DNA of 62,245 nt, the filler included, from Malassezia furfur (Eukaryota), in NCBI GenBank assembly GCA_052055015.1. It is 3 parts of 3 records of this genome, joined end to end, with 100 filler letters (N's around TTAATTAATTAA, not from the genome) between each part and the next. Parts side by side here need not be neighbours in the genome. Positions count along the whole stretch, not along the records: positions 20,977 to 41,699 come from JBQJIT010000175.1; positions 41,800 to 62,245 come from JBQJIT010000177.1; 1 more part is not named here. The stretch is one strand, 5' to 3'. Made by a program: the position numbers and the translations under genes. Positions within the stretch are counted from its first letter, which is position 1, and each line of letters begins with the position of its first letter. Positions 35,668-47,828 of the stretch are shown one piece after another. The notes below the pieces were generated by a model. The model worked only from the letters and a program-made list of their open reading frames with translations. It ran no database searches and was not told the DNA's origin.

Positions 35668-38600
35668 CTAACTGGGCGAGAAGCGCCGCGTGCGCCGCCG
35701 CTCGCGTGCTGTACGCAGCTGCATCCGCGGCGGCGACGCAGACGTGCGCGCACGCTTCAACGACGGCTCCTCCAGCACCTCGAGCTCCTCGATCGAGACA
35801 TCCGCCGGCGACGAAGGGCGGTGCGGCGGCGCCTCAGGGGGCACATAGTTGGCCACGTCGCTGCTCGGGTCCGACTTGCGTGGGCGGCGGTGGCGCCGGC
35901 TATACGTCTGGCGCACCGCGTGGGCGGGCAGCATGTCCTGGGTATCGTCCAGCGACGCGCTGTCAGACTCGCTGTCCGACTTGTCGTGCGCCATCCACTG
36001 CGCACCCAGCGAACTAGGTGTGACATACACATCGTCCAGCAAGCTCGGGCTCACAATGCGACACAGCGCGTGGTACACCGACTCAGGCAACGCGCCCGGA
36101 TCGAGCGGAATCATTTCGAGCTGGTCGGTAAACAGATCCTGTTTCTCGGCGCCTTCCTCGTCCAGCGTCTCGGCGTCCAGCGCACACGACGGCACCAGAA
36201 ACGTCGGCGCGCCTGCTTCCCGCAGCAACGTGACGCGTTGCAATGCACAGTGCGACCGAGTAATGGGTCCATCCGACGTGTGTCGGCTCGTATGCGCCGC
36301 ATGCGCCTGTAACGTCGTTACGGAGCCTCGTTTCGGTAGCACCGCCTCGACTTGGTCGGCGGAGAGATCGCCGTCTTGGGGTATCTCGGACGCGGGACTG
36401 GTCTCGGCCGCCTCCAGGGCAGGGTCGTCGGGCAAAGCGGGAGACGCCGCGTCTGGCTCGGCGCGGACAGCAAACGGCGAGGCGGAACGCGGACGGCCTG
36501 TTGTGTGCTTGTCCTCCACATCAGTGACGCGCTCGGTTCCGGCGTCCGGCTGGACGGCATCGTCGGCCTGGTCCGTGCCGTCTTCCGGAGCGGCTGCATG
36601 TTCGATAGAGGCTAGGTCTGCATCACCCGATGCGGACGCGGCGGCGTCGACCGGGACGCCTTCCGGCGCGTCAGCAACGTCGGCCACATCAACGTCTTTC
36701 GCATCGTCGGCAGTGTCCTCTTCGGCAGCCTCAACGTCTTCGGCAACTTCTGCGCCTGTCTCCTCGGCAGCACTTACTTCTGCACCGGCATCCACATCAT
36801 TCTCATCAGCGCCCACCGGTGAGAATGCGTGGCTCTTGGTCGGAGAAGACGGTTCGATCGCTGCGTCCTCTGGATGTGCCTCATCTGCCTCGTCTTCCTG
36901 GGCTGTTCCGTGGGCCCCGTGGCCGTCCATGGGTAGGGTGCCATACCGCAGTGGTACACGGTGGTGCTCGTCGCTGCCTTGGGCCTCCATATACTCGTCC
37001 TGTAGCAGAGCCGACATGTCCAGCCGCGGGTGGCCCTCGTCATCCAGCAAAAGCGGCGCGGAAAGCGGCGCGTCGGAATGCAGTGCATGCGCAAACGAAG
37101 GCCAGGCATCCTCGGCAATGGCACCGGATGCCACGGGCATGGACGACGGAATATCCAGCCCCATCTCCGACGCCAACTCGCGCGCAAAGGTATCGGCAGA
37201 GTGACCTGCTTGTTGCGCCTCGTCGTGCGCCGCTTGTGAGAAGCGGACATGCGAAGATTTGTCACGGTCTTCGGCATGAACACTGTCCTCCTTAGCATCC
37301 AGAGCAACGCTGTGGTCCATTGGGTGATGCGCCTCGGCACGGTCCTCTTCGACATCTGCGGGGTGCTCGGCTTCTTCAAGTGCGTCGTGGGGTGGGGCAG
37401 ACTCGTGTTTGACTCCCTCCGTGGCGGTATCCATAGTAGGGCCATCCGCCTCCGCGCTGGCCGCTTGTGTTGTCGATTGTACATTTGCATCATCGTCCTC
37501 TTCCAGCATGGCATCGTCTGCAACAGCCATATGGCCAGTTGCGTCGTCGGCAAGCTGTGCCCCGGCAGGGTCGTCGATCTCGTCTTCCGACGCCGCTTGT
37601 GATGAAATAGAACGGTCTGCGGTATCCGCATGTGCATCGTCCATCGCGTCGTCTTCATCCATCTCGTCCAGCTCGTCCCCGTTCGCATGCGAATCGTCGC
37701 TCTCGTCCGAACGCTGTGTCGCATCCGACCATTCGGCGGGTTCCTCGTCGGGAACCGCTTCTTCGGCACGCTCTTCGTCCTCACTCTCGGAAAGAACGAC
37801 GATTGGGGAGTCTTCCTGGCCTCGGTGGGATGCATACGAGGTGTGTGCTTGAGTCGGTTTCGACAGCATCGCCGACGGACGCATCATGAAGCGGTCGGTG
37901 GATGGCATGGATGGATAGGAGGCAGAGCCATACATGGATTCCGAGTCGTGAAGAGACTCGCCTGCATCATGGTGGCTCGACGTCGGCACAAGATCATCTT
38001 CGTCTGCTTCTTCACCGTCCTCGTCTTCGTTGTAGTCGCCGTAACCCTCCTCCTCAGAGCCGTATTCTTCGCCTTCTTCGGAATTGTAGGAGGACTCTTT
38101 CAGTTGAGAGGGTGCGTTATGCGTGGACGAACGGATCTGTGCCTCATCTGTGGCCGAGGGAACTTGTGATGAATCGAGCCCATGGTCATCGACGAGCTCG
38201 TCCTCTTCCTGGTCCGAGGCACTCTGCGACGTATCGCTTGCATCATCCTGTTCGCTCTCCTCGCTCTCACTCTCCTCACTCTTGCACTCCTCGCACTCCT
38301 CGCTCTCCTCGCTCTCCTCGCTCTCCTCGCTCTCCTCGCTCTCCTCGCTCTCCTCGCTCNNNNNNNNNNNNNNNNNNNNNNNNNNNNNNNNNNNNNNNNN
38401 NNNNNNNNTCGCTCTCCTCGCTCTCCTCGCTCTCCTCGCTCTCCTCGCTCTCCTCGCTCTCCTTGCTCTTGCTCTCGTCTTCACTGCTCTCTTCGCTTCT
38501 CCGTGCACTTTCCCGTGTATCCGAGCCTATCTCTTCAATCATGGGCTTCGGTTTTGGCTTTGGCGTATGGTCACTCGCCTCCTCCCGCTCTGCCGCCTGC

Positions 38601-39004
38601 ATTCGGAATTGGAGCAGGGCATCGATGTCGACGCCGGTGCCGCGGTCAAATGCGGAGAACAGCGACGATGGCCTCGACTCTTCCGGCGGCTGGTCGACGC
38701 GCCATACGCGGTCAGCAAAGCCATCGATATGCACAGGCATATTTTGCTCCTCATCGACGATCCCACCGAGTGCGAGTAGTTCCTGCATCGCGTCCGACGC
38801 GCGCTGCATATGCGCCTTGGCATGCGGATCCTCGGGCACATCGTCGTGCTCGCTGGGTGCGGCGGGTGCAACCGTTTCGAGTGGCTCGCTATGCTCCCAT
38901 AGTGCCGTGCGGAGGCGCTCGCGCACGCCCGTCAACCAGCGGGTCTCGTCAAAGTGCTCATACGCGGACCGCCGCTGCGCGCGCGGCTCACCACGCCGTG
39001 CCAT
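35668..39004 (-). CDS. Large, very acidic protein of unknown function spanning an assembly gap in an (ESE)n repeat
   Basis: ORFs 38276-39004 and 35668-38508 both read ESEESE… into the gap; D/E-rich body with a compact C-terminal PITRSHC…PTFLVPSC segment. Confidence 0.7.
38298..38461 (+). repeat. 9-bp tandem repeat (CTCGCTCTC)n encoding Glu-Ser-Glu on the minus strand; contains a 49-N gap at 38360-38408
   Basis: Perfect units directly visible on both sides of the N run. Confidence 0.95.
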
Positions 39005-39087
39005 GGTGGAGGCGGACGGACGTGTGCGTGTTCGGCCGAGTAGGGCACCACCCCGCTTCCTCGTGAGCGTCGTGCATTGCTTGGGCG

Positions 39088-40183
39088 ATGGCCGCCCCGT
39101 TGCAGGATGCGATTGCTGCGGCGCGGATTGAGTCTGACCTGCTCAAGGACCGGATCCAGAGCAGGAATGCGAGTCTATCTGATACAACGCGTACGTCAAC
39201 CCCCTGACGCAGTGCGCGCAGCTGCAGCGAATGTACCGTCCCTGCGCATGCTCGCATTGAAACGGCGCAACGTGCTCCGGTGTCCCCACGCCAAGGTATA
39301 CGCGGTCGACTGGGCCTCAGATGGCCTACATGTTCTGTCAGCGTCGCAGGATGGCCATCTGATTTTGTGGAATGCGTACACCGGCCATAAAGTGCAGGCC
39401 GTGACGTTACGCATGAACTGGGTCATGTCGTGTGCGTACGCGCCGTCGGGGCACCTGATCGCCTCTGGCGGGCTCGACAATGTGTGCACCGTGTACGACC
39501 TCCGGCGGAAACAGTCGGTCGTCGAGGTGCCGGTTGCACGCGAGCTCATCGGCCATACGGCGTATGTGAGCGCCTGCCGCTTCCGCAGCGACCGCGAGAT
39601 GGTCACCGGCTCCGGCGATGCGACGTGCGCGCTATGGGATGTAGACACCGAGTGTCGCATCCGGCACTTTACCGGGCACATGGGCGATGTCACCAGGTAC
39701 GTATGCCCCCGCTCACCCAGCGTCGCCCTCTCGCCCAAGGACCCCCACCTGTTTGTGTCCGGCTCGTGCGACGCGCGCGCCTTCGTCTGGGACACACGCA
39801 CCACACACCCCGTGCAGACGTTTGCGGGGCATGCACGCGACGTGAACGCCGTCGACTACTTCCCGGACGGCTTGGCGATCGCGACCGGCTCGGACGACGC
39901 GACGTGCCGCCTGTTTGACATGCGGGCGAACCGCGAGCTGGCCACCTATGCGCACGGCACGGACCACGCGGGCGTGACGTCCGTCGCGTTCTCCAAGTCG
40001 GGGCGTGTGCTCGTGAGCGCTTCGGAGGACAACGACGCTCAGCTCTGGGATACCCTCCGCTCCGAACGCATCGGCGTTCTGCGCGGACACGATGCACGGA
40101 TCGCGTGCGTACGTGTGAGTCCGACGGGCGGCTCGGTGGCGACGGGCGGCTGGGACGCCAAGGTCATGATTTGGGGTATCTAG
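39088..40183 (+). CDS. GPB1: Heterotrimeric G-protein beta subunit (divergent); introns 39191-39212 and 39697-39720
   Basis: N-terminal coiled helix, SASQDG, WVMSCAYAPSG, SGGLDN, TGSGDATCALWD, TGSDDATCRLFDMRA, FSKSGR. Confidence 0.9.
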
Positions 40184-40197
40184 CTGGCATAGAACGT

Positions 40198-41699
40198 CTA
40201 CGGATCACGACGCACCACCGGACTCGCCGCAGGGCTCGGCGCAGGGGTCCAGCGCTGCGCCCCGATCCGGCTCTGCCGCACCGCGTCTTCCCGCGTGGCC
40301 GTACGCGGTGTGCGTCCGGGCGTTGCAGCGCCGTAAAGCCCGGCACGCTGCCCACCCGTGCGGTGCAGCAGCGTCCGCGCTGCAGGACTTAGGTCGGGGT
40401 GCCGCGACGCGCGCGTCGAGCCGGGCGGCTTGCGCGCGAGCACGGGCTTGGCATGCGTGGACGCTGTTGCGGGGGTCGCGTTCGGCGGCGCGCTGGGCGT
40501 CGCGCTGGGCGTCGCGCCCGGCGTTGCACGCGGCGTGTCTAGGCGGCGCGGCGTCGCGGCCAGTGTGCCCCACGTCATGAGCTGTTGCAGCCTGCGCTCG
40601 CCCAGGTCCTCGGGTCGCGGCGTCGCAACCGCCCCTACATAGTGGTAGCCCTGGATCCCGGGCGTCGACGGCACATAGGCCTCGCCCTCGATCGCCGCGT
40701 CAATGACGCTGCTGTTCGGCGTGGATGGTGCACTGAGCGGCGCACTCGGCTCCTCGCCCAGCCGCGTATTGGCGTGGCGTACGCGCGGGGCATACGGGCC
40801 GTACGCGCGCGGCACATGGGCCTCGCGCGAACTCGTGCGGGCGGTGAGCGTCTCGCGGTCCTCGTCGGGGGGGAACATGAGTGAGTTGCGCGCCTTGAAC
40901 GCCCACGTCGATGGTGCGGCCGGCGGTGGCATACGGGCCGTGTCTTGGTCGTCCGATGTGCGCACGAGCGCCGACGATGTGCGGCGACCCGGTGCGGCGC
41001 CCTCGCCGGCGCCGGGGGCGTTCGGCAGGGCAAGGCGTTCGGTCGTTGGTAGCGCGCCGGCGTGCGCGGGCGGCAAAGCGCGTGCGGCTTGTGCACGTTC
41101 CTCTGCATCGTATGCCCACCGGTTGCGCGCACGGCGCTGGTTGCGCGCGAGCTGCATGAGCTGCGCAAAGGACGCATTGTCCTCGGACGTGTACTTTGCC
41201 TGGTACTCGTCGAGCGTCATGTTGACGCGCACGGATGCGAGCGAGTCCGCGCCATCGCCTGCTTCGTCATGCGCCCGCACGCTTGTGTCTGTGTCGCTGC
41301 GCGGCGTGCTCGCCATGGCCGACCACAGCGGTACGGGCGTAGCGGATTGCGGCGTGCCAGGTACATCGAGCGGCGTGAGCGGTTCGCCGGCGTCGCCACG
41401 TCGTGTCGTCTCCTCCAAGATGCCGCACCGCTCCTCTTCCCGAACAAGCGCACGCGCAGTCGCCTGGATCGCGTCGGGGTCACCCGACTCGAGCGCCTCG
41501 AGGTACGCATTCTCGGCGCGCAGGCGCGGGAGGTCCGGGAAAAAGTCGCGCTGGATGATGCGCGAGAGACCGCTGGTGTACGCATCCTCATCCAATACCA
41601 CCTGCCGCCGCAACGAGCGCTCGCCGGGCTTGGGCGGCGCGACAACGGCGCCGCGCGTCGTGCTCTGCGCGGCGAGTTGCACCGCTCGGTCGGACGCCA
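40198..41699 (-). CDS. ESS2: Splicing factor ESS2/DGCR14 (Es2/Bis1); 5' truncated
   Basis: VLDEDAYTSGLSRIIQRDFFPDL, LDEYQAKYTSEDNASF, WAFKARNSLMFPP, LMTWG, LSPAARTLL. Confidence 0.9.
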
Positions 41700-41799
41700 N
41701 NNNNNNNNNNNNNNNNNNNNNNNNNNNNNNNNNNNNNNNNNNNTTAATTAATTAANNNNNNNNNNNNNNNNNNNNNNNNNNNNNNNNNNNNNNNNNNNN
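41700..41799. other. Artificial contig-joining spacer (N44 + TTAATTAATTAA + N44)
   Basis: Same 100-nt structure as the first spacer; linker at 41744-41755. Confidence 0.97.
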
Positions 41800-41832
41800 C
41801 ATTTCCAAAAGCCGAAGCGCTTGCTGAGCGGC

Positions 41833-42224
41833 GGCACTCGTTCGGGGCGCCCGGCTCTCCGATGCTCGTCCCGCTGTGGGGCACGGGCGGGCGCTCGGCG
41901 GCGCAGGTCGCCGTGGAGCAGCGGCGTGCACGCGCCGCGTACGAGGCGCGTGTGTGGGAGCTGTGCAGCGAGTACGCGATGACGTCGCCCGCCCAGCTCG
42001 TGCCGTTCATGGAGCGCGCGGAGGGCGACGTGGATGCGTGCCGCGATGCGGTGGAAGAGTACATTGAGGCGCTTGCGCACCACTATGACACGGAGCGCAC
42101 CACGGTGCTCGAGCTGCTCGAGACGCAGCTCGGGAGCTTTGCGCAGGTCGTGCGCGTGCTCGACGTGCAGCAGCGCGCCGCGGAGCGCTCGGGCAGCCGC
42201 ACACGTGAGCACATCATGCGGTAG
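41833..42224 (+). CDS. 3' end of an unknown helical protein (5' truncated)
   Basis: …AYEARVWELCSEYAMTSPAQLVPFMERAEGDVDACRDAVEEYIEAL…REHIMR* with coding-like codon usage. Confidence 0.55.
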
Positions 42225-42228
42225 GAAG

Positions 42229-44745
42229 CTAGTGCGGGGCACCGGCACGGAAGAGGAGTGCTGGGTGAGCCATACATATACATACATTTCCAAAAGCCGA
42301 AGCGCTTGCTGAGCGGCTCGCCCGGCTCGTTGTGCGGGCGGTGCTCGCCGCCGGTCTCGAGGTCCTTCTCGTCGTCGGCGAGCGACACGCGCGAGCGGTT
42401 GGACGGCGTGCCATCGTGCGCCGCGGGCTGCGTGCCGGGCGCACCGGGGCCGAGGCCGAGTGTGCGCCGCCGCTTGGCGCGCAGGTGCAGACTCAGCTTG
42501 AGGATCGCGAGCGCATCGCGCGTGTCGCGCCGGCGCACGATCGCCGACGGCGGCGGCTCCTCATTGAGCAGGTCGGCGGGGCCGTACGTCGCCAGGTCCG
42601 CCCAGTGCGTCCCGTACACGGCGCGGTCAAGGTCGCCGTAGTCGTCGAGGAGGCCCTCGGCCTGCGCCTTGCTGAGCATGCGCTGCGCGCGGCGCTCGAG
42701 CTTGGCGCGCGCACGCTTCACCTTGGCGGCGGTGCGCTTGTACCGATTGTCCCACAGCGTGTGGCCCTCCTGGAAGCGCGCGTAGGTCCGCGGCTTGATC
42801 AGGCCCACCTCCTCGTACGGCATCTGCAGCGCCGGCACCTCCGCGGGCGGCTCCATCGGCCGAATCTTGCCGTTGACGTCGACACGCTCGCGAATCATGT
42901 CGCTCTGGTAGGCGGGGCGCTGCAGCGGCACCTTGCCCGAGTACATGTTGTCCTGCTCCGGCATGGCGCGCGCACCGTCGTGCCGGTGCGGCCGTGCGCT
43001 GCGCGCGGCGTCCTCGGGCAGCGGACAGTACTCGGCGGCTGCGGCGCTGCTGTACTGCCACTTTTGTGCGTAGTCGGGCACGCTCGCGGGCGCCGTACTC
43101 GACATGGGCGCGCCCGTGACGTACTTGATAAACGACGCCATCGCGCGGAACGCGTACTTGGCCGCGGTCGTGTGCATGAACATGGTAAACACGTGGCACT
43201 GCCCGTCAAACACCTGCAGGTGCACCTGCGTGGGCTGCGTGCGGTAGCGCTCGTACGACGCGCGCGTCTGCGGGAAGCGGTTCATCAGCTCGTCGCGCAG
43301 CGTAAACTTGTCCGGGTTCGCCGCCTTGTGCGCGACGTACACCACCTCGTCACGCAGCACCTCGTCGTTGCCCGCGATGATGTACAGCGGCGGCAGGCCT
43401 CCCAGGCTGCCGCTCAGCGCCGGCGAACACAGCGGGTGGAAGAGCTGCCCATTCGTAGCGTACAGCTGCACCTGCGCCGTGATCGGCATCTCCTTGCCAT
43501 CCGGCTGCGTGACGTGCACCACGCGGTCCATCTCGCGCCCGCCGTCCAGCTCGTGTGCGTCGCGCGCCGAGGTGCGCTTGTGCCGCAGCGAGAAGAACGA
43601 CTTGCGCTCAAAGCGGCCCGTGTCTTGCGGGAGCGGCCACAACGTGCTTGGCTTATGGATGAAGCTGTACGGCGGGATGTAGTCCGTCTTGGTGTTTCGC
43701 AAAATCGACGGGAAGCTGTGCGTCAAGTCGACCCACGGCGAGATGAGCACCCCGCCGGCAGGCTTGGGCAGGCCGCAGTCGCGCAGCAGCTGCAGCAGCG
43801 CAAGCGACAGGCCCCCGCCCGCGCTGTCGCCCGCAATCACGATGCGCGACGGGTCGATCGGCGGGTGCTTGGCACCCTCGGGCGGGTCCACCAGGTACAG
43901 ATACGCCGCGAGGCAGTCCTGCAGCGCACACGGGAAGGGGAACTGCGGCGCCTTGCGGTAGTTGACCGCGAGCGCAAAACCGCCAAACTTGCGTGCAATG
44001 CGTAGGATCTGGTAGCGGTGTGTATTAATCGAGCCAAAGTAGTAGCCGCCCCCGTGGATATAGAGCATCACACGATTCAGCCGGTCGCGCTCCTCTTGCG
44101 TGTCTGCAAAGCGGCCGGCGTGCCCACGCGTGCCGTTCGTGCCGTTTGTATCCTGGCCCTCGCCACTCTGCTCGTGCCGCGGGTTGCGCCGCTCCGAGTG
44201 GCGCGTCATGTGCTTGGAAATCGACGCAGAGTAGGACGCATTCCGCCCGCTCTGCAGGTCGACGAGCGTATGGTAGTCAGAATACTGCGAAATCCACTCG
44301 GCAGGCACGCCGCTTAGCGTGCGCATCTGCCACCACCGTGCACCGCCGACGACACTGTACAACTCGTCGGCGCCAAAGTAGTCCTGGAGGTGCTGCGCCG
44401 ATGCGTCGCAGCACGACATGGGAATCATGACCTTTTCGGAGAAGCCCCACGGCGGCATCGGCACCTCGGTATCGGTGAGCTTTTGTGAATCCTCGGCAGT
44501 GTGGTGCGTGAGGTAGAGAACCAGCTGCTTCACCATGTGGAACGCCCTGCGTCAGTGCCCCGCGTCGTTATCACGCACTGGTCATAGAAGAATGCGTTGG
44601 CCGTCTCGCGCGGCGAATGCCGCCCAAACTCGGTCCAGAGCCGTACATAGTGCCGCAGCGCATTCTGCACATGTCAGTTCCCTTTACGCACCTTGACCAG
44701 CTCGGGCGTGACGTGCGCCAAGATCCCGAGCGTCGTGATGGTCAT
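42229..44745 (-). CDS. Hormone-sensitive-lipase-family alpha/beta hydrolase (lipase/esterase), 3 introns
   Basis: YIHGGGYYFGS oxyanion motif, YRKAPQFPFPCALQD, AGDSAGGGL, ISPWVDL, EVLRDE, CHVF; spliced C-terminus …FWKSLLFRAGAPH*. Confidence 0.9.
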
Positions 44746-44801
44746 GGCTGGGCGAAGGACAACCACGTGGCACCATGTGGAAGCCGCGCTGACCCGTCAC
44801 G

Positions 44802-45799
44802 ATGCATGCGGAGCAGGCCCTGTTGCTCGGCTCCACCGTTGCGACGTTTGGGGTGTGTTGCTTGCTCGCCAACCGTGTCGCAAGCTATTTCGCCGACTCC
44901 CACTGGATCCTCCGCGATTACAGTAACGCGACCCAATTCATGGACTACGGCGTAGTCGTCACCTTCGTGCTCGGCCTCGTGCTCTCGTGTGGCCTGCTCT
45001 ACCTCTTCTCGGCACCGAGCAAGCCCGTGCTGAGCAAGGAGGAGTGGCGCCCATTCAAGCTGATCCAGAAGACGCCCGTGTCGCGCACGTCTGCCATGTA
45101 GGTCGCGAACGCCGCTGACGCCCCAGCTACCGCTTCGAGCTTCCCGCCAACCAGTCGCTTGGTCTGCCGATCGGCCGCCATGTGTCGGTGCGCGCCAAGA
45201 TCGGAGACCGCTACGTGATGCGCTCCTACACGCCCATCTCGGAGCCGGACGCCAAGGGCTACTTTGAGCTGCTCGTCAAGACCTACCCGCAGGGCAACGT
45301 CTCGCGCGTGTTCGGCGAGCTCAAGGTCGGCGATTCGCTCGAAATGAAGGGGCCCAAGGGCAACTTCAACTACCGCCGCAACATGGCCGACACGATCGGC
45401 CTGATTGCCGGCGGCACGGGACTCACCCCGTGCCTGCAGATTATCGAGCAGGCGCTGCGCGACCCCGAGGACAAGACGCGCTTCTCGATGCTCTACGCCA
45501 ACGTCGAGCACGAAGAAATCCTGCTCAAGGACCGCCTCGACGCGCTGGCCGCGCAGCATCCCGACCGCTTCCGCGTGCGCTACTACCTGAACGTCGCGCC
45601 CCCGTCCTGGGAGGGCGGCGTGGGCTTTGTGACCAAGGATGCGATCGACACCCACCTGCCCAAGTCGTCGGAGCGCAACCGCCTGCTCATGTGCGGCCCG
45701 CCGCCGATGATCAACGCGATGAAGAGCCACATCTCCGAGCTCAGCTTCCCGGCGCCGGGGCCGATCAGCAAGGAACACGACCCGGTGTTTGTGTTTTAG
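44802..45799 (+). CDS. CBR1: NADH-cytochrome b5 reductase, 1 intron
   Basis: LGLPIGRH, RSYTPIS, KTYPQG, GPKG, IAGGTGLTP, MCGPPPM, VFVF C-terminus; N-terminal TM anchor. Confidence 0.9.
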
Positions 45800-45847
45800 C
45801 CAAAAAGGTCGTAGCGAACCGTATTTTTTCGTAATACTACTCGTACT

Positions 45848-47044
45848 CTACGCACCGTTCGCCTCGGCGTCGGCCAGGTGCTTGCGGAAGAGCGCCTCGG
45901 CGCGCGTCCACACTGCACCCTTGCCTTCCTCGTTGACGTGCTTCAGCGCCTCGGGGCCCGCAGCACCCGTCACGTACGGCAGCTGCAGCAGCGAGGGAAG
46001 CAGGTCGTGCGAGAACTGCTCCGATGCCTCGCGCGGCAGCAGCGTCGGCAGGTGGTCGATCGAGATCACCTCGAGCTTCGGCAGGCCCTCGGGCAGCTCC
46101 ACGGCGACCGTCGGCGCGTCAAACGTCGTGTTGATCGAGTAGACGGGCAGCGGGTTGTTGGGGTTCGTCGTGTCGCAGCTCACGTCGACAATCATGCCCA
46201 GGCGGCGGTCCTTGCCCGCCTTCTCCAGGAACGCATGGTCCACAAACGACGGGATCTTCTTCGAGAGGTAGATGCAGTTCACAAACAGGTCCGCATCCAC
46301 AATCTCCTGGTACGGACCGCTCTTGGCCGACGTCTCCTGGATGTCCCAGCGCACAATCTCCTCCGGACGACACCCCGACTTCTCGAGGCAGTCGATCGCG
46401 CCACGGCCGCAGCGGCCCAGCGCGCCGATAACGAGCGACTTGACCTGGCCATCGGGGCGGTGCTTGCGGATGGTCTCGACGGCAGTGCGCGTCACCTGGA
46501 GCAGCGCGTCCTCGTTGGGGTACGCCGTCTGCTTACCGAGCTGCTTGCCCTCCAGCTGGTCGGCGAGACCAATCAGGCCGAGCGCCGCACCAGCGAAGCC
46601 GGCGTGCCATCCAAACGCGGCGACACGGCGGCCGTTGGCATCCTCAAGGAACTCGAGATCGTACAGCTTGCCGCCGCCGCGCTTGAAACGCGCAAGCACA
46701 TCGACCCACCCCTCCTGGTGCTTGTAGCAGTGCGCAAACTGAATGTGCGTGTGGCACAGATCGGGGCCAGGCGTGTCGAGCTCCTTGAGACCAATGATCG
46801 GGAAATCCTTGGGCGCCTGCGGCCATGTGTGGTGGTCAACAAGCGTACAGCCGGCACTGGGTTAGTGGCGGCACACGTACGCCTCAAACTCGTCATCGTC
46901 AAAGATACGCTGGGGGTCGCGCTCAACGGTGATCGCGAAGCCGGCATCGATCAGCTTCCTCGCGGTCGTCGGCGTAAGTGCCGAACGGTGCTCTGCAGGC
47001 TTGGTTTCGCAGCGGAGCCACAACGGTTGCGTCTGTGTCGTCAT
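45848..47044 (-). CDS. LYS1: Saccharopine dehydrogenase (NAD+, L-lysine forming)
   Basis: LWLRCETKPAEHRSALTP, IIGLKEL, HIQFAHCYK, LYDLEFL, GALGRCG, DVSCDTTNP, IDHLPTLLPREAS. Confidence 0.96.
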
Positions 47045-47269
47045 GGCGTAGCAGTGAGAAGAACCGCCGCCCGCGCGCACGGAGTCATCGCTTCCCCGCT
47101 GACTAAATCACGTGTACAGGCGGCCCCTGCGCGGCGAGAGCCCCAAGCGGGGGCCAGGAAAAGCGGGGTGGGCTGCAAAAGAAGCGGGGGCGCTCCGTGG
47201 CGCGCTACATAAACGGTCCAGATCGTCGGGTCATGCACTGTGCCGTGGCGATGGATGCACAACAGGGCA

Positions 47270-47794
47270 CTATGCAAACAAGTTCCAGTCGATGATGCGC
47301 AGCGAGCCGGCGGTCGCACGGAACGCCGACGACTCGGCGTCCACATCTTTCGGCGCAGGGTCGTTGCGCGAGAGCACCAAGTCGACCTTTTTGTTCGGCA
47401 GGCGCCACACAGCGACCCAGATGTGCACCGTGTCCTCCTCGGTGGCCTTGCCAAACTTCTTGACTTTTTGTGTGCCGTGCAGTAATGAAGGACGTGGCGT
47501 CGTGTTCTCGGGGGCTTGTCCTGTGGGCGCATCCACCCAGTCGACATGCACATCTGTGGCATCGTTGTCGTTCGCAATAGAGTCGTAGTGGTAGCGCACG
47601 GCCTTGTCCATCGCCGGGGGGTCCGTCCCATCCGCGACCTGCTGCAGCACCTCGAGGATCACACTGATGTTCGTGTCGCCGGACAGCAGCACCTCTTGGT
47701 TGTCCGGCACTTGACGGAACTCACTCGCGTCCATAAAGTCGCCATCGAGCGCCATCGTAATGGCGCCGCCAAACAGCGAGTGCACGGGCGCCAT
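47270..47794 (-). CDS. MOG1: Ran guanine nucleotide release factor Mog1
   Basis: LFGGAI, DASEFRQVPDNQEV, GTQKVKKF, SLRIIDWNLF. Confidence 0.9.
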   Translation of the reverse strand: MAPVHSLFGGAITMALDGDFMDASEFRQVPDNQEVLLSGDTNISVILEVLQQVADGTDPPAMDKAVRYHYDSIANDNDATDVHVDWVDAPTGQAPENTTPRPSLLHGTQKVKKFGKATEEDTVHIWVAVWRLPNKKVDLVLSRNDPAPKDVDAESSAFRATAGSLRIIDWNLFA

Positions 47795-47828
47795 CGTGGT
47801 GAGAGATGTGGAGGCCTTCATTGCTGCC

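Noticed and set aside
38360..38408. Frameshift or pseudogenisation of the acidic protein
   Set aside because: The frame change coincides with an N gap of arbitrary length
38298..38461. Telomeric or CRISPR-like repeat
   Set aside because: Spacer-less 9-bp in-frame coding minisatellite inside a gene
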